A stretch of DNA of 63,737 bases, filler included, from Reticulomyxa filosa (Eukaryota > Protista > Foraminifera), in the NCBI GenBank assembly GCA_000512085.1. It is 16 parts of 16 records of this genome, joined end to end, with 100 filler letters (N's around TTAATTAATTAA, not from the genome) between each part and the next. Parts side by side here need not be neighbours in the genome. Positions count along the whole stretch, not along the records: positions 20,644 to 27,554 come from ASPP01006008.1; positions 27,655 to 31,370 come from ASPP01040162.1; positions 31,471 to 36,485 come from ASPP01009506.1; positions 36,586 to 41,951 come from ASPP01008404.1; 12 more parts are not named here. One strand, 5' to 3'. Each line of letters starts with the position of its first letter. Positions within the stretch are counted from its first letter, which is position 1. Below are positions 24,617 to 38,060 of this stretch, piece after piece. Made by a program: the position numbers and the translations under genes. A model generated the notes under the pieces. That model worked only from the letters and a program-made list of their open reading frames with translations, did not search any database and was not told where the DNA came from.

Positions 24617-25173
24617 TTTGGAGTTTTTTTACTCTCCCTTTCAACAAAACATTTACTGCTCTTTCTTCATAAAAGTCGTGTTCAATTAAAACATTTGAGT
24701 GGCATTCTTTCAAATTACTTTTTTGTTTCTCTTCAAGGAAATATCATGTACCTCTATCAAGAGTAAATCTTTCATTAATATTCGCTTATTGTTGTGCTTT
24801 CTGTATTATGTATTGAATTACTTTGAGATAAGCACATGCTACTTGATGATTTACACTCTTCTACATCAAATTACCTTTTTATGTTTGACAGTATTACTTC
24901 TATTTTCAATAGTTCGACACAGTGACACAATATATTGCCAACTTATATTTTTTAGCAGCACTATAAAAAATTAATCCTCGAAATTTTAAATTTATTTCAA
25001 TCTTAAAATGAAGTAAATCTACTTTAAAACATTTTGAATTTAATTAAACAATTGGTATTACTTTTTTCAAGCCAAACACATATTTCTTTAACAACACACC
25101 CACTTAGCAGATTGTTTTTAAAGAGACCGAGGACAACACAAAAGTTTTTAAAACACCCCTTTTTTCCCTATGA

Positions 25174-25794
25174 CTATATCCTTTTTGTTGGTTGTTGTGG
25201 AAGAATGCTGCCTTCATTTGTTTCGAAAGGGCAATCAGAAATACAACTCTTTATTTTTATCAATTCTTTTGGTGAAGATGACTTGTGTGTTGGTTCAGCT
25301 TGAGCAGTTTTTTCTGGTATTTGGACGCTATCCTTTAACTCTTTGTTGCTTTGACAACCTTCTTGGATTTTTATGTTTTCTTTAAATTGTTCTATCTCTT
25401 TTACTGATAGGTTTGAGTTTATAAGTTCACCCACTTTCGTACATTTGTTCGTTGTGTCAGCTCCGTTATTGACAACGTAAATGTTTTCTCTTGGAACATA
25501 AAAATGATCGCTTTCTAAATAAGAACGTTGCAATCGTGCAAACTCTTCATCAGGCATAATTTCGTCCTCACTTTCCGAGTGACTTTCGGCGATAATATTT
25601 AAACTCGATATCGAGGAAGGTTCGAAAGCGTTGTTCATTTGTTGGGCTGTGTTTAGTTCCATATTCTTTACTTGTTTAGTTTTAGCTAAAAAAGTGTTTT
25701 GAGGACTAACTGAAGGTTTTGAAAATGAGTGTTGAGCAAGTTGAATTTCATAATTTGCGTTATACTTGTAGAAATTTTGAAAATATTTCATCAA
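25174..25794 (-). CDS. Hypothetical low-complexity protein
   Basis: 206-aa ORF rich in Glu/Ser/Asn within AT-rich DNA. No motif recognised. Confidence 0.35.
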   Translation of the reverse strand: MMKYFQNFYKYNANYEIQLAQHSFSKPSVSPQNTFLAKTKQVKNMELNTAQQMNNAFEPSSISSLNIIAESHSESEDEIMPDEEFARLQRSYLESDHFYVPRENIYVVNNGADTTNKCTKVGELINSNLSVKEIEQFKENIKIQEGCQSNKELKDSVQIPEKTAQAEPTHKSSSPKELIKIKSCISDCPFETNEGSILPQQPTKRI

Positions 25795-26192
25795 ATATTA
25801 CTAATTTCTGATTTTTAAACTGCTTTTAATCAGTAATTTCTTGAACAGATTTAAACAATAAGAAATTACATTTTGTACTTCAAAAATAGTTTCGCAAAAT
25901 TTTCTGTGTATTTTAAAAATGATCAAATTCTTTACATTTAATCTTAAAATGCAAGTACGTATTTGTATTTTCGTTTCTCGTAAACTAATTGAAAGATTAA
26001 TAAATTTGCAAGATATAGGATAAATACGCTTTAAATTTTTATGCATCACAGTGTATAAATAATTTATTGATTTTAATAAGATACAAGCGAAAACTTAGAA
26101 TCTGTGTTTTGTTAAACACAAATTTTTAAGTTCTAGGTGTAGAAACGTTCAAGGTGTTTTTTTGGAGATTGACGTGTTCCTTGATATACTGA

Positions 26193-27381
<1,189 letters not shown>

Positions 27382-27688
27382 AAGTGTTAGAAGTTTCGGG
27401 GCTGTGACGTGATTTATATTGTTTTTATTTTTTTTTATTTTTTACAGCTTTTTTTTTAAAAACACTCAATTCTAAACATAAATCTTTCTTATTCTGTATC
27501 TACTCTTGTCAAATCTTGAAACAAATACCAATAAAAAACTTGTTTGTTTTTAAANNNNNNNNNNNNNNNNNNNNNNNNNNNNNNNNNNNNNNNNNNNNTT
27601 AATTAATTAANNNNNNNNNNNNNNNNNNNNNNNNNNNNNNNNNNNNNNNNNNNNGTTAGTATTTTAAAAAAAGAAAGAACAAATGAAC

Positions 27689-27800
27689 TAACATAATTAA
27701 AAACAAATTTGTCAAAATCTTTGACCCATCCTAATTGAATGTTGAATGTTCGAATCCAATGATGAATAATGATTTGGATCTCTTCTTCTTTTGACTGTTT
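27689..27800 (-). CDS. Exon of a second, tandem paralog of the WD40 family gene (rest lost at contig edge)
   Basis: Encodes KEEEIQIIIHHWIRTFNIQLGWVKDFDKFVFNY, followed by the same intron start (gttagttcatttgttctttc) as the exon at about 31298-31370. Confidence 0.7.
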
Positions 27801-28355
27801 CAGTCATAAAGCAAAATGATAAAAAAATGATAATAAAGCCTAAAAAAATAACTTAGACGAAACTTTCATTACTAAGCTAAAGTGTATTCTTTTTTTTCGT
27901 TGAGATAAACTTTGATGATGCAAAGATGATAAAAAGACTCTTTTAAACTTTTTTAAGATCACTAAGGGTCAACAAAAAATTGAAAAGTTAATTTTTTGCA
28001 GATATGCAGTTAGTCCATAAATACGTTTAAGAAAAAGGTGGTAATGATTTTGTCGTAATTTGGTGAACAATAAAAGAAAATAAAATGAATAATTTTCCAT
28101 TGTTTATGCAATCTCTCAAAAGTATGAAATGTTCACTTCAATGCAATTTCTTCTTCCATAATTTCCAAAATACAAAAGGTGGAACAAAAAATCAGTAAAG
28201 AAAATATTCTGCTGTGTTTCTTACTTTTCTTTGTCAAGTCAACGTGCTAAAAAAACCTTTTTGATTTGTATTGACAACAAGCATTCAAGTTATAGTGTAC
28301 ATTTGATATTTCAAAAGATACACCAAAAACATTCTTTTGTAGAACTCGGAAAGCT

Positions 28356-28470
28356 AAAAAAAGAAAAGGAAGACAAAAGCAAAAAGAAAGAGTTAATTCG
28401 GGCGGCGCCTGAAGGCGCCGCCTGATCTAACTTTTTCTTTTTCGCTTTTTCTTTCCTTTTCTTTTTTTTT
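28356..28470. repeat. About 115-bp imperfect palindrome with a perfect GC-only hairpin core
   Basis: Core GGCGGCGCC-TGAA-GGCGCCGCC at 28401-28422. The A/G-rich left arm is near reverse-complementary to the T/C-rich right arm. Confidence 0.8.
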
Positions 28471-30164
28471 AAATTTGGAGGCACAATTCTATTGCAACAC
28501 TGTCACAATCAGATGTTTAGTGAAATTGAAAGGAATTATTTAAGTAGTGTGATTATATGTGAAAGGATTTTGTAATGTAATTGGTTTTTTTATTCATTTT
28601 GTTGTGGTAATGTATTTTATCGTAATGTTTAGCATATCTGTCAAAAGATAAAAAATGTGTTTATTGTTGCTTTTTATTAAATTTGAATGGGAATCAAAGT
28701 GATAATATGTCGGCTTTGTTTAATTTGTCTTTTACGAGATTTTTGTGTTGTATTTGGTTATCCATGCTGTTAGTGTTTAGTAGTTTTATCTTTCCTTTGC
28801 AAAAAAAAAGGTGTGTGAATAGCCTTTTGAAAAACGAAAAACGAATTTAAACGTTGGATTAATGTCATTTTTTGTTTTTGTGGAAAGATAAAAATGAAGA
28901 TATATTTATTATTCATGGTTCAAATAAAATATAACCTACTTCTTTTCCAAAAACTAGTCAATAAACTTGATACAGAATTAATGTACTTTTTTTTCTCTAT
29001 GACATTCTTTTATTGGTTAATGAAAAATATTTACATACTTGAATGAAAAAACTAGTCAGTTACATTGTAATCTCTTTTTTATTACTAACAAAAAATTAAT
29101 AAAAATTCTTTGTCATGTAGGTGACATTAACCATAGTTTTTAAATATGAAATTTTGTTTTTGATCGCCTAGAAAAAGTTAATATAAAACCAATTTTTTCA
29201 AAATTTTACAGTAATCATATAAATCAAACTTGTGTTGCTAAGAAAAATTTTTTAAATCTTTTTGAACTTTTTCAAAATTTAGTTTCTACAATTTTTTTAA
29301 TTTTCATTTTGCTTAGATTTTATCATTTTTTAAACTAATTTATTAATTTTTTAGCTTTGTGGCATGTTGCATTGTTTTGTTGGAACCAGTCATATTCATC
29401 ATCTACATAATAATTAACACTGTTTAACATGCTATCTCTTTATAAATTCCTAATTTATTCCATTATCTATCTTGTATGCGTTCAAACGCCTTTTGCACTA
29501 AAACAACTCAAATCATGATACTACCTCCACCAGCCTTGATCTTTTGATTATACCTTTATCTATTAAGTATAGTTTGGCTTTTTTAAACATATTTGATGCT
29601 ATCACTTCAGCACAAATTAATCTTTATTTCATCTAAAAAGATAATTTTATTCAAATTATCTACAGTTTAATGTTTATAACAATTTGCAAAAATCTTGAAT
29701 CGATATTGATATCTTCTAATATGTCTTTTCTTCTTAGTTAATGCAAAATAACATTAAAAATGCCAACGATAAAAAAAAAGAAAATAAAAAAAGGAAAACA
29801 AAAATTTATATTTAAAAACTACAAGATTTGTATGTTTAAATGTTTATTTTCATGAAGAAAATTGATTTTCTTCATATATGTGTCATTTAGATATGAAAGT
29901 TTTGTGCACCTACTAAGTATTAAAAACATTCTACGCTTTTCAAAATAGTCTTAATCATGCAATCGTATATACAATTTTTATTACTTTTGAATTCTTTAAA
30001 AAACATTTATCGCATTTTCAATTTTTTTAAACAACAAAGTAATATAACAAATCTTTCAAGCTTGCATTCAATCAAATCAAATAAGTTTAATATCACATCA
30101 CTTTTCTTTTAGTCAAACTTTTCAAATAAAAACACTTTCATTTCCTATTCGACAAAAAATTAAA

Positions 30165-31370
30165 TTATCCCCAAATACGAATGGGACCATTATTTGAACC
30201 ATAACACAAATTCAAATCATATTTACCATTCTTTGTCTTCTCTTTCTTTTTCAATACAATAAATTTAAGACAAAATATTCCATTATCTTCTTTATTGTCT
30301 CCTTTTATCATATATAATTCATTTTTATTTGATCGAATATCCCAAAATCGAATTGTATTATCACCTGATCCAGAACATATCACATTCGAATTACCATTAC
30401 CATTCTTTATTACAAATGGTGAATATTCAACAGACCATACTCCTTTCGTATGTCCATTGAACATTTGAACTTGTTGACCAGATCGAATATCCCGCAAACG
30501 AACACTTCTATCGTCTGATCCAGATAATATTGTATTTAATAATTCATTTGATCCATATTTTACACTCGTAATCCAATTCTTATGTCCTTTGAATACGTTC
30601 AATTGTTTGTCTGTTTCAATATCCCATATTCGAATGGTTTTATCATATGATCCAGAACAAATTGTATATCCATTTCCACCAACCACACCAATATTATTAT
30701 TATCATTATTATTATTGCTTTGCAATGGTGAAATATCAACGCACCAAATACCTTCTGTATGTCCATTGAAAACATGTAATGATTTTGATGTTTCAACATC
30801 CCATAAACGAATTGTTTTGTCACCAGACCCAGAGCACAAATATCTACCACCATTAAATGGTGAAAATGTAATTCCACCAACCCACGAATTGTGTCTATTT
30901 AATATTTGTAATTGTTGATTATGTTTGAAATCCCAAAAACGAATGGTTTTGTCATATGATGAAGAACAAATGACATTTTGACGATTGTTATGATAATGAT
31001 ATGATGAAAATTTCGCACAATACACATTATCTGAATGCCCATTGAATGATTGAATTTGTTTGTTGTTATCAACGTCCCATACACGAACTGTTTTATCACC
31101 TGATCCAGAACAAATGAATTGACAATCATCAATTGTTGAATAATCAATGCTCCACACAGTCGTTGTATGTCCAGTGAATGTATTGATTAATTTGGATGAT
31201 GAACGAAATGTATCAAACATGAAGATAGTAGACACCTGTGTTAAATAATATTGTAATATTTAATTGTCATTTGAAAAAAGAAAGAACAAATGAACTAACA
31301 TAATTGACAACGAGTTTGTCAAAATATTTGATCCATCCTAATTTAATGTTTAATGTCCGAATCCAATGAT
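30165..31370 (-). CDS. WD40-repeat protein of a lineage-expanded family (5'-partial)
   Basis: About 7 WD repeats (GH...ICSGSxDKTIRxWD). The upstream exon HWIRTLNIKLGWIKYFDKLVVNY is spliced through an intron at about 31236-31297. Confidence 0.9.
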
Positions 31371-33466
31371 NNNNNNNNNNNNNNNNNNNNNNNNNNNNNN
31401 NNNNNNNNNNNNNNTTAATTAATTAANNNNNNNNNNNNNNNNNNNNNNNNNNNNNNNNNNNNNNNNNNNNAGAAAGAAGAAGAAGAAGAAGAAGAAGAAG
31501 AAAAAAAAAAAGAAAAGAGTGATGACAAGACGATGATGACAACGGAATTGGAATCGACGAAACTAAAAAGTATTAATGCGATGACAAGAAACGAAGACGT
31601 ATACGTATCCTTGATTTGGTTCGTGTTAATGTCCTGTCTGGCATTTTGTTGGTTGTCAGTGTTCCATGGGTGGTCTCCACTTGGAGGCATGCTCTTGCAT
31701 GCGCGTTATGGTCGCTCTTGCGATCTTCTTTTTCTTTCTCCTTCTTCTTCTCCGCTTCCTTCTCTTCATCCCTTGTTGCTGCCCATCCCGTCCTCGTCCT
31801 TGCCCTTGTCCTTGTCCTTGTCCCCATATTTGTGCTCGTGTCCTGGTTCGAGTAACAACTGTGCTCCGCTGTTGGTTGCACGTGTGGACTACCACTCTCC
31901 TCATTGTGACTCCGGCAAAGAACAGGGGGATGCAGACTGGGCTCGACCGATGGGACACTCGGGCTATTGCTGTAATGACTGCTCTGCTGAAGTCTTGTGG
32001 TGTGAAAATGTTAACCCGTTTCACTCAAAAACAACACTGGTTTGTCGCGATCGCGACTTGGTTGTTCAAACGCCCGCCTTACTCGCCCCTCTGCAAATGT
32101 ACGCACATGGTGGAATGTTCGAACATAATTATCACTATCACATTTCTCATCCCATTCCATTTGAAATCATTTTGAATCCTATGTTCTTGTTGTATGTTAT
32201 GCATTTTTAATTACATTTTGCCTATTTTCTATTTTCTATTTTCTTATTGCTCTTGTTGTGTTGTGATGTTGTTTTTTTTTCTTTTTTTTTTTTTTGAGGA
32301 AGGGGGATTTCTAAGAGTTGTATTGTTTCCAGCTTGGTGAGGGGGAGGGGAGGGACAGAGGTAAAAGGGTAATGTATGATTTTGCAAAAACTTGTTTGTG
32401 TTGTGTGGACGATCTATCCTTTTAAGGAGTTTCATTATATAAAAAGAAAGTAATGTTTTTCGGTGTACTTTTGTGTTTTATTGTTTTTTTTTAAATTTTC
32501 TTCAAATACATGTTTCTCTTTCGTTTGTGTTTGCTTTTTTTTTAATTATCATCGTTTTTTGGTAGAGCCAATTTGACACACAGGAATAAAATATTTTTCA
32601 AAACAACAATCTGAAGTTCGTTTTGGAGGAGTGATCGGTCTCTCATCTTATGTTCTGTTTGCAAAATTAGAGGAAACAATCAATGTTGATTGCGTAACTA
32701 ATCCCTTTTTCTTTCGAAGAGAATAAATCGTGCTTGCTCGATTCCATGAAAGGTATTTAATTATAAAATAAAGAAATTTCTTAACTTTTTCATGGAAATT
32801 TCAAATACACAGAATTTTCTTTATTTGTTGCAAGCCTCCACTGTTTTTTTGATATATCCTAAAAAGATTTTTGCTAATCAAAATATTTTTAAAAATATCA
32901 AACACGATATACGTTAAATTAGCCTGTTTAAAATTTTGAGCTAGTGATGTTATCATTCAAATTTTTTATTAAAGACTGACAAAGTAACTTTAAATGAAAG
33001 CCATTTGGTCGATTTGAAGAAAATGTAAACATTATGAGAAAAACATTTTTGCTGTGTTGACGCAGAAACAATTTGGGTTTGAAAAAAAAAATTTACAAAT
33101 GAAATTGTAACTGTTTTTCTCCAATGGGAGGGAATGAATTTTGCCAACATTTTTGCATGTCTTACATTCAATCCTCCAAGAAAAAGAAACAAAAGAGAAG
33201 TTGAACAAAATTCACAACATTTCACATCCAAAAACACAAACATAAACATAATCAAAAGAAATCAACAAACAAAGAAAATAAGACAGAACAAAACAAAAAA
33301 GCTCCTTCGAGCAGACAAGACAAATGCCCCGCATTTCATTTCAAATTTTTTATCAATACAACGAGAAAAAAGGCGAGAATCAACACGACGCATAGCAAAG
33401 GATGACAACAAACAGCCTCAATTTGTTTCGGTTGTATTATGGGAGCACAACGACGTAACGGTGGTT

Positions 33467-34701
33467 TTAACAAGCACAAGAGTTTGAAGTTGGTGGAGTT
33501 TTTGTTTCTTGTGTTTCCAAGTCCAGTTTCAAGGCTTTATTGGCAATATTTGCTTGAATTGATCTTTTTTTTTTTTTTGAGAAAAAAAAAGGGGTAGGAC
33601 AGATTTGACATTACAACATAATGCTATTGAGAAAAAAAAAAGTGGACTTAACGGTACAGTTTCCGAATCGCCACCAATAGTAGCAATTTTTTGAATAACC
33701 TCATTGATATTTTTGCCGCTCAAAGCGCTTGTTTCGTAAAACAGCATCTTGTGTTGATTGGCCAAGCGCTCGCCATCTTGTGTGGATACAGCGCGACTTT
33801 GTTCCAAATCAGACTTATTACCACACAACACAAATGGGAATTTTTCAGTGTCCTCAATATAGGCTTGCTCCAAAAAGTTTTTCTTCCACGTTTCAATTTG
33901 CTTGAATGATTGCGCATTTGTTATGTCATACACCAATAAGCATGCGTCTTTTGTTTATACAACAACAAGCAAACTTTTTCTGTGTTTCCTTTTTGTTTGT
34001 TGTCCAGCTTCATTTCGTTTTTTTTAAATAAAAAAAAAGGGGTCCTTACTAAAAAAATTAGCGTCGGGAAAAAAAAAAATTAGATTGTGTGGGGTGTTAT
34101 AAAAAACCTGTTCCTCTGTAAAATGCCGGGCCCAAGCTTAGATATCGTTCTTGTCCTGCGGTGTCCCATACCTAAAAAGTGATTGTTTTTTAAACAAGCT
34201 TATAACTTTTGGAAATAAAGTGTACGTCAAAAAAAACAACGATTTTTTAAAAAAATTTATTTGTTGTCTTTTAATAAGAGGAGGAAACAACTATGCGGTA
34301 CGTACACACAAGTCATATAGTTTTTTTTTTTAAGTTGGTGTTGTTTTGATTACCTGCAAAGTGACCACTTTGTCATCAAATTCAACATCTTTCGAAATGA
34401 AGTCTGCTCCGATTGTTGCTTTGTGTTCTTGAATGAATGCACCAGTTACATATTTTTGCAATAATGCAGTTTTACCAACACTATTAACGTTGAAACATAG
34501 TTTTTTTTAAGTACAGTTTAAAAAAAGGATGGGGTGATGAACCAAAAAAATTCTTTTTTATTTGGCGCAAAATTGTAGGCACGGGATATTCTTTGTTACA
34601 TAAAAAAAAGATAAAAAACAGGACAGAAAGGAAAAAACACCTTACCCAGAATCACCCAAAACGAGGAGTTTCAATAATACTTTCTTCTTTTGATCACTCA
34701 T
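33467..34701 (-). CDS. RAB7: Rab7-like small GTPase, 5 exons
   Basis: Exons encode LLKLLVLGDSG|VGKT, HKATIGADFISK, WDTAGQERY, FPFVLCGNKSD, ETSAL and a C-terminal CAC* prenylation motif. Confidence 0.9.
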
Positions 34702-36889
34702 GTCCTGCTTTCTTTTTACTGACAGTCGAAACAAGCAAATTAGTTTGCAAAACAATTATGAGAGAAAGCCTTTTTTCTTGGCTCTGCAAAGGGGAAACAA
34801 CACACGTTTAAGTTCTGATATTGTTTGCAACGTTTCAAGTGTTTTCTAAACCTTTTTTCCGTTTGACGCGTCTGCGAGTAAACACACGTCCAGTTGAAGT
34901 ATATAGTATCAGTAATTAAAAAAAACATATAACTGTTTTCTTTTAACTTAAAGTTCTTAAGAGAATATTTTTATTTATACTTCTTTGAAAAAAATTGTCA
35001 ACAAGTTAATAAATGTACGCATGATGCTCGCAATATTATATAAGTTCTATTTAAAACGTAAAAAATGTTCTTTTTAGGAAGAACTTTTCGAAACTGTCAA
35101 AAAGTTATGAATAGTTTTTTTGAACAGATTGTTTTCATTCACTATAACTGATATTGTATGCAGGACATTTTTGTTAATAATTTTTTTTTAACTACTTAGC
35201 CATTTTACAGAAATTATTCATGTAGTTAAACACTTTTTTATATTAAAATAATTAATTTTAAAATTGAAATTTCAATTTAATTCGAATATAAACACAAATT
35301 TATTATTACAATAATTATAAACAAAAATTTTTTTTAAAGAACGCGTTTGAATACAATATGCAATATAATGTTTAGAAATATGTAGTAAATTTAATTAGAT
35401 GTGTAATACAACAATTAAAAAAACTTGGAAAATTAACAATTCACATATCAGAGTCTTCAACAAAATACTTGTACATGATCGTTTTATATGAAATTCTTTT
35501 TTCTTTGGAATCAACAATTTCACAATACTTTTATCGAGCCTGTACTTGTTGCCATCGTTCATATCAACGGCTTATATCCGGACTAAACAAAACAAACAAC
35601 AAACAATATCAAATGGAGTGATTTTCGTTTTCAATTGAACAAATAAATTATTTGTTTGTTTAGTTTGAACGATTTCAATTTCACTTAACTGTCTTTTTTT
35701 CAACAAGCGTCTCTTGCCAGATTTAATCAGAGATATATCCTTTCAGTAACGAGTGGTATTTGGTTTTCCATGTTGAAACACAAGATGGAGTAAAGTTTTT
35801 TCTGTCTGGAGCCAGAGTGCATGCACACATACAATGAATCAAATGTACCATTTTGCAAGAGAAAGGAAAAAAATTGAAACGATAAGTTAAATTATTCATT
35901 CAAATTGAAATGCTCAATATATACTTTTTCTCATAATATACTGTTTACTTTGGCCCACATTTTTTGCAAATAATAAAAAGCGTTTTTTTTTGTAAAAAAT
36001 ATATTTTGGATTGACAAATATAAAAGCAAAAGTTAATTAATCGACAACGTTTTTGTTTTTTTCAAGTGCATTATTTCAACGTATTTGTGAATGTATTTGT
36101 AACACTTCGGTGAACTTTTAAAAAAAGAATTTTAGATCATCGATGCATAAAATGTTATGCAAACAAAAAACAGAAAAAATGCAAACAAGTAATTTTTACT
36201 GTATGTCAAAGTTGTTGAGAAAATGGTAAGGGATTGTGGTTGAGCATCTCAACAAATTGAGTGATTTTCTGCTTTGATTATTTGATTGGATATTGGACGT
36301 TTGATTATTTGATATAGTGATTTTCATAGATCTATGTCATGTGTGAGCGGCTTCAATTCCAAATCGGTTTTTCCTTTGTAAGCTGTTCATTATCAAAATT
36401 AAGCAAACAAGTTGAGTTAGGTAAAGTATAGAGAAACTCTATCTTTTTTTTTTTTTCAAAAAAAAAAAAAAAAAAAAAAAAAAAANNNNNNNNNNNNNNN
36501 NNNNNNNNNNNNNNNNNNNNNNNNNNNNNTTAATTAATTAANNNNNNNNNNNNNNNNNNNNNNNNNNNNNNNNNNNNNNNNNNNNTTCTCGCAGAATTTT
36601 CAAAAATCATTTGAAAGAATGTTGATTTCGTCCAACAAAAAAAAAGTTATTAAAAAACCAATATCATATTTAAAAACTACAAGATTTGTAGATATTTTTT
36701 TTAAAAAATTAGATCTAAATGTTGATTTTTCATTGAGAAAATCAATTATCATTATAAGATATCGTTTTATGCGTTCAGTTTTCTTTGCAACTTACTGTAG
36801 TTTCGTTTTTTGAAAGATTGCTTAAGAGCACTATTCGTATTACATTTGATATTCCAGTCGAGATCAGCTACTAACTTCCTACAAAACAA

Positions 36890-37480
36890 ACAATTAAATA
36901 TATTAAATAACTTGAAATCCAAATTGTACGTGCAAAAGACATTTTTCATCTTGGGGGATGTTCATAATAGAATGATGTAGCTAACAATCATTAGAAGCAT
37001 ATCTATTTACAAATAAAAAAAATATTTATGTTTATGATAAACACATTTTTTATATTTATATTTATATTTAACTTAATAGGTGGATTTGTAAAAATTTGAT
37101 TTGTTGATATATTAATTAAATCTTCAAAAAGGTTGTAAGCAATGTCCTTTTTTGATAGATAATTTTTCTTGATTCAATTTAACATCTCCAGATTTGGGCA
37201 ATTGTAAACCATTATTAAAAATACTATGAACTCTATCAGCACCTGTTCCATGAAATGCAATATGCCATTTTTTAAATACTTCATTGATTAACATTTTTTC
37301 TTTTGGAGTGATAAATTTCATTGGTGGTTCGCCTTGAAAATAATATTCTTTGTCATATCACAATAGCATAAATCTTGTTCTCATATTTCACACACATGCC
37401 ATTCCAATTGTTTTAACATGATATTGCTTGTAGATTTGATCCAAAATTTTCAAACGGTACAAAATTGGAGACAACGAAAC
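36890..37480 (-). pseudogene. Disrupted NEURL4-type ADP-ribosyltransferase-like domain
   Basis: Ordered fragments LCYCD..QGEPPMKF, WHIAFHGT..SIFNNGL, NQIFTNPPIK and VQFGFQV are separated by stops and frameshifts. Confidence 0.6.
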
Positions 37481-38060
37481 TATAATTTTATCATTTCGAA
37501 TCAAATTGAGTATATTACATTGCATTTATGTGCAAAATGACTCGGATCCCACTCGTATTTCCTCTTTATTTTCGATTTGAACAAAGTTAATATTAATGAT
37601 TCCTTTATTTCTCAGTCCATACGAGTGTTTGTTATCTTGTTTGTTCTCTTTCTTTCTTGAAAAAAAAAAAGGTTTTAAAAGCAAAAAACATTATTTACTC
37701 AAAAAAACTACGCTTTCTGTTTTCTTTCTTCCAATTTCGGCATTTGTGAATTTTGAAGTCAAATTATTCAATGGGATATTTTGGATTATTTTTATGAAAT
37801 ATCTGTTCGTTTCAATAAAAAGATATTGGCATAAATTTATATAATATGATTGTAATAATAAAATGAAAACAATCTTTTTTTGAAGTAAAATCAAATATAT
37901 AAAACAAAATAATAAAGAAACAAACATTATTGATATGCATTTGAAAATGTTTTAAAAATTGAATATCGAACGAAACTCATAAGACAATGTATATAAACAA
38001 AAAATTTAATTAACTATATTAATAAAATTTGATAATAATAAATTATCATTCCCAAAGTTA

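Noticed and set aside
31471-32210. Overlapping ORFs on both strands (e.g. 31533..32210 +)
   Set aside because: Driven by simple repeats. The most plausible minus frame has an internal stop and no motif, so no product can be supported.
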